A stretch of DNA of 64,000 bases from NCBI RefSeq assembly GCF_000009045.1, contig NC_000964.3, forward strand, positions 2,480,001 through 2,544,000, in the 5' to 3' direction. The notes beneath the pieces are model-generated. The model was not told the DNA's origin, ran no database searches, and saw only the letters and a program-made list of their open reading frames with translations. Both the position numbers and the translations under genes were made by a program. Origin of the DNA: Bacillus subtilis subsp. subtilis str. 168. Its GTDB lineage: Bacteria > Bacillota > Bacilli > Bacillales > Bacillaceae. Shown here one piece after another: positions 61,051 through 64,000 of the stretch. Position 1 is the first letter of the stretch, and every line of letters starts with the position of its first letter.

Positions 61051-62007
61051 ATGTCAAAACATAAAGTTCCGCCCGCTTACGGCGGGCAGGCTGTTGTGGA
61101 AGGCGTTATGTTTGGCGGAAAGCATCATTACGTTACAGCCATCAGAAGAACGGATGGAAGCATTGACTTTTTTAAGCTTCCACGCAAACACAACCCGAAA
61201 CTGAACATCGTGAAAAAGATACCGTTTTTACGGGGGATCGCGGCCATTATCGAAGCGAGTGCAAACGGCACAAAGCATTTGAATTTTTCAAGCGAACGTT
61301 ACGGGCTCGATCCATCTGAAGACGAGACACTTGAGCAGGAAGAAAAAAAATCCTCTGGGCTGTCTATGTATCTCAGCCTCGCAGTTATAGGCGTCCTATC
61401 ATTTTTGTTCAGTAAATTCGTATTTACATTGGTTCCAGTTTTCTTAGCGGAACTGACAAGGCCGATTTTTTCCTTGAACACAGCGCAAATCGCGATTGAA
61501 AGCCTGTTTAAGTTGATTTTGCTGCTCGGTTACATCTATTTTTTGTCCATGACACCGCTTATTAAAAGAGTGTTTCAATATCATGGAGCCGAACATAAAG
61601 TCATAAACTGTTATGAACAGAATTTGCCAATTACTGTGGAGAATGTCCAAAACCAATCTCGGCTTCATTACCGCTGCGGATCAAGCTTTATTTTATTTAC
61701 GATTATTGTCGGCATGTTTGTTTATTTACTCGTTCCGACAGATCCGCTTTGGCTGCGTGTTATAGATCGTGTCGCACTGATACCGGTCGTGCTTGGTATA
61801 TCCTTTGAAGTTCTGCAGCTGACAAACAAAGTGCGTGACATTCCCGGTCTGAAATTACTTGGGTACCCGGGACTTTGGCTTCAGCTGTTAACCACAAAGG
61901 AACCTAAGGATGAACAGGTTGAAGTTGCCATCGAAAGCTTTAACGAACTTCTCAGACTCGAAGCATTGTCTGAGCAAAATCAGAAGCCTTCTCACAACGT
62001 CATCTAA
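61051..62007 (+). CDS. yqhQ: DUF1385-like membrane protein
   Basis: YGGQAVVEGVM, FQYHGAEHK, HYRCGSSF, TTKEP. Confidence 0.88.
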   Translation: MSKHKVPPAYGGQAVVEGVMFGGKHHYVTAIRRTDGSIDFFKLPRKHNPKLNIVKKIPFLRGIAAIIEASANGTKHLNFSSERYGLDPSEDETLEQEEKKSSGLSMYLSLAVIGVLSFLFSKFVFTLVPVFLAELTRPIFSLNTAQIAIESLFKLILLLGYIYFLSMTPLIKRVFQYHGAEHKVINCYEQNLPITVENVQNQSRLHYRCGSSFILFTIIVGMFVYLLVPTDPLWLRVIDRVALIPVVLGISFEVLQLTNKVRDIPGLKLLGYPGLWLQLLTTKEPKDEQVEVAIESFNELLRLEALSEQNQKPSHNVI

Positions 62008-62046
62008 AATCCGTTGCCCTGCTATTACTTTCGGAGGTGGACAGTT

Positions 62047-62442
62047 ATGAATCATCGTGTACAACCTATTATTGCTGTATTAATTGCGCTGGGAGCGTTC
62101 GGTTTCCTCTATGTGCTGGTAACCAATCCCGGAGAAATGGCAAAAATGGCGGTAACCGTCATCGTGGCAGGTATCATTATTTATTTTATTGTGAAATATG
62201 TAATGAATCGAAATGCGGGCAGCGAAGGAGCAGCCTTCAAAAAAGCGGCGAAACAATCACGGCGCCGGATGAAAGAACAAAAAGCAAAACACCGCGCCGG
62301 ACATAAGGGACGTGTCAGCCACCTGCGAAGCGTTCCGAGCGCCAGCAAGCCTAAGCCGATGATTCTCAAGAAAAAAAGCCAGACTCAGCTGACTGTTATA
62401 GAAGGGAAAAAAAATAAAAAGAAAAACAGAGCGCTTTTTTAA
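62047..62442 (+). CDS. yqhP: YqhP membrane protein with a basic C-terminus (131 aa)
   Basis: Two TM segments; ends LTVIEGKKNKKKNRALF; SD ggaggtg. Confidence 0.85.
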   Translation: MNHRVQPIIAVLIALGAFGFLYVLVTNPGEMAKMAVTVIVAGIIIYFIVKYVMNRNAGSEGAAFKKAAKQSRRRMKEQKAKHRAGHKGRVSHLRSVPSASKPKPMILKKKSQTQLTVIEGKKNKKKNRALF

Positions 62443-63314
62443 TAGGTCCACTGCTTTAAAAACAGCTCTGTCCGTCTTTTACCTAGCTCAATCAGGGCTA
62501 GTTTTTTTTGTTGTGTTAAATGAAAATCAGTGGCCATTACGTCATCAACAGGGAGAAAAATGATATTTTGTTCATAGCGTGACGCAATGTGCCTTGCGTC
62601 ATGAGCATCCTTCATCGTTTCAAACAGGGCGCCGAACAGTTCAAAAGCGTTGCGGATATTTTTTTTCGGACGCTCTCTTTCACGCGGCGCAAGCGTGACA
62701 CCGATCACAGGGCGCTTTCTTTCCTTTGAAAACAGCCAGATTGGAAAATTGCTTAACACGCCTCCGTCGACAACCGTGGCGGTGCCTGTGTCCGTTTTTA
62801 ATTTTATCGGTTCAAAGAAATACGGAATGCTGCAGCTCATTCTGACCGCTCTGGCAACCGGGAACATATCTGGATTTAACCCGTAACGGGCCAAATCGTC
62901 CGGCAAAACAATCATGGTGCCGTTTGTCAGATCAGAAGCAATAAGGCGCAGAGACCCTTTCTGCAAATCGCCGAAAACCCTTATGCCTTTCGCTCTTAAC
63001 AGATCAGCAATCCATTTTTCTATCGTATCGCCTTTGTATAAGCCAAGACGCCAGTAGATGGACACCCACTGGAGCATCTTTAAGGGGAGAAATGAGTACC
63101 TCTGATCCAGCAATTTCTCTCCGTCCACTTCTTCAATTAAAGCGTGGATTTCCTTACTGGTGTAACCTGACGCAATGAAAGCGGCAATAATGGCGCCGGC
63201 GCTTGTACCCGCAACTCTTTTAAAGCGGAAGCCTTTTTCCTCAAGCACTTCATAAGCGCCTGCGAGCGCAATGCCTTTTACTCCTCCGCCGGAAAACACA
63301 CCGTCAATATACAT
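62439..63314 (-). CDS. yqhO: Patatin-like phospholipase
   Basis: GGGVKG, GTSAG and DGG motifs. Confidence 0.9.
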   Translation of the reverse strand: MYIDGVFSGGGVKGIALAGAYEVLEEKGFRFKRVAGTSAGAIIAAFIASGYTSKEIHALIEEVDGEKLLDQRYSFLPLKMLQWVSIYWRLGLYKGDTIEKWIADLLRAKGIRVFGDLQKGSLRLIASDLTNGTMIVLPDDLARYGLNPDMFPVARAVRMSCSIPYFFEPIKLKTDTGTATVVDGGVLSNFPIWLFSKERKRPVIGVTLAPRERERPKKNIRNAFELFGALFETMKDAHDARHIASRYEQNIIFLPVDDVMATDFHLTQQKKLALIELGKRRTELFLKQWTY

Positions 63315-63408
63315 CTCATTCCCTCCCCCTCCATCCGATCGTTTATTACCATTTTAAGAAAACACGCGAAGAAATAGACCAACGAATGACGGGTGGCGTC
63401 AGCGTATC

Positions 63409-63441
63409 AAAAAAGACGGCCTCCTTCGAGACCGCCTTTTT
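63409..63441 (-). terminator. Terminator after mntR
   Basis: Imperfect aaaaagacgg/ccgccttttt hairpin at the mntR stop. Confidence 0.55.
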
Positions 63442-63868
63442 ACTGATTATGATGTTCTGTTTTCTTTTGGATTGATTTCAGATCTTTTTTACGGGCATCA
63501 TCTTCTTCAAAATATTGAACAAGATCCCCGATGCGATCAATACTGTTCCAGCTTAAATGATGTTCGATTCCTTCGACATCGTTATATATTTTCTCTTCAT
63601 CAACACCAATGATTCTTAAAAACTGCTCAAGCAATTCATGTCTGTATACCAGCCGTTTGCCTATTTTTTTCCCTTTAGACGTTAACACGAGACCGCGATA
63701 TTTTTCATAAATTAAATATTCGTCTTTATCTAGTTTTTGAACCATTTTTGTTACAGAGGAGGGATGGACTGCCAATGCTTCCGCGATATCGGAAACTCGT
63801 GCATATCCTTTTTCTTCAATCAGCATATAAATCTGTTCAATATAATCTTCCATACTTGGTGTTGTCAT
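63440..63868 (-). CDS. mntR: Manganese-responsive DtxR-family regulator (142 aa)
   Basis: [28 protein letters not shown]; SD gggaggg. Confidence 0.96.
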   Translation of the reverse strand: MTTPSMEDYIEQIYMLIEEKGYARVSDIAEALAVHPSSVTKMVQKLDKDEYLIYEKYRGLVLTSKGKKIGKRLVYRHELLEQFLRIIGVDEEKIYNDVEGIEHHLSWNSIDRIGDLVQYFEEDDARKKDLKSIQKKTEHHNQ

Positions 63869-64000
63869 CGAAACCCTCCCAAAAAGCACCTTAACTTTAT
63901 AAACCATTACAAGTTTACACTAATGAACTTGAAAAAACAAGGATGCTCCGCGGGTCAAAAGCCCTGTTTACCGCTTATAATTCCATTCATCTGAAGCGTA

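Noticed and set aside
746-63994. About 130 short ORF-track entries overlapping real genes (for example 1060-1476, 5545-6045, 19716-20252, 32417-32878, 48887-49618)
   Set aside because: They are antisense or out-of-frame shadows of well-supported genes, with no family motifs and no SD in those I checked.
1-64000. CRISPR arrays, tRNA/rRNA genes, IS elements, integrases, prophage or defence genes
   Set aside because: I saw no regularly spaced direct repeats, cloverleaf structures, transposase or phage motifs, or compositional islands; nearly all of the window is recognisable core genes.

Overview
This is core chromosomal DNA of Bacillus subtilis. Gene order and protein sequences match my recollection of the strain 168 region from zwf to mntR; I did not confirm this by alignment. 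In order, the window holds: the 3' end of zwf, gndA, polYA, the mifM-yidC2 ribosome-stalling sensor, yqjF-A, the artPQR arginine ABC transporter, brxB, bmrU-bmr-bmrR, the SigL/BkdR bkd operon, the SigE mmg methylcitrate operon, yqiHIK, yqiG, spo0A, spoIVB, recN-ahrC, yqxC-dxs-ispA-xseBA-folD-nusB, yqhY-accC-accB, spoIIIAA-AH, efp-papA-yqhS, yqhR/Q/P/O and mntR. I saw no rRNA, tRNA, CRISPR array, IS element or prophage gene. Many ORF-track starts are over-extended and are corrected here using Shine-Dalgarno (SD) positions. The least-explained signals lie below the ORF-track length cut-off. (1) A 30-aa Prli42-like membrane miniprotein (8841-8933). (2) A 44-aa secreted or Phr-like orphan peptide with its own promoter (36233-36367). 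(3) 37-aa and 23-aa small ORFs with strong SDs downstream of spo0A. (4) An exact copy of the ptb upstream BkdR box placed over the bkdR transcription start, suggesting autoregulation. (5) A catalytic Tyr-to-Phe substitution in the type II dehydroquinase homologue YqhS, which is coupled to papA-efp. Promoter, operator and terminator calls are by eye.
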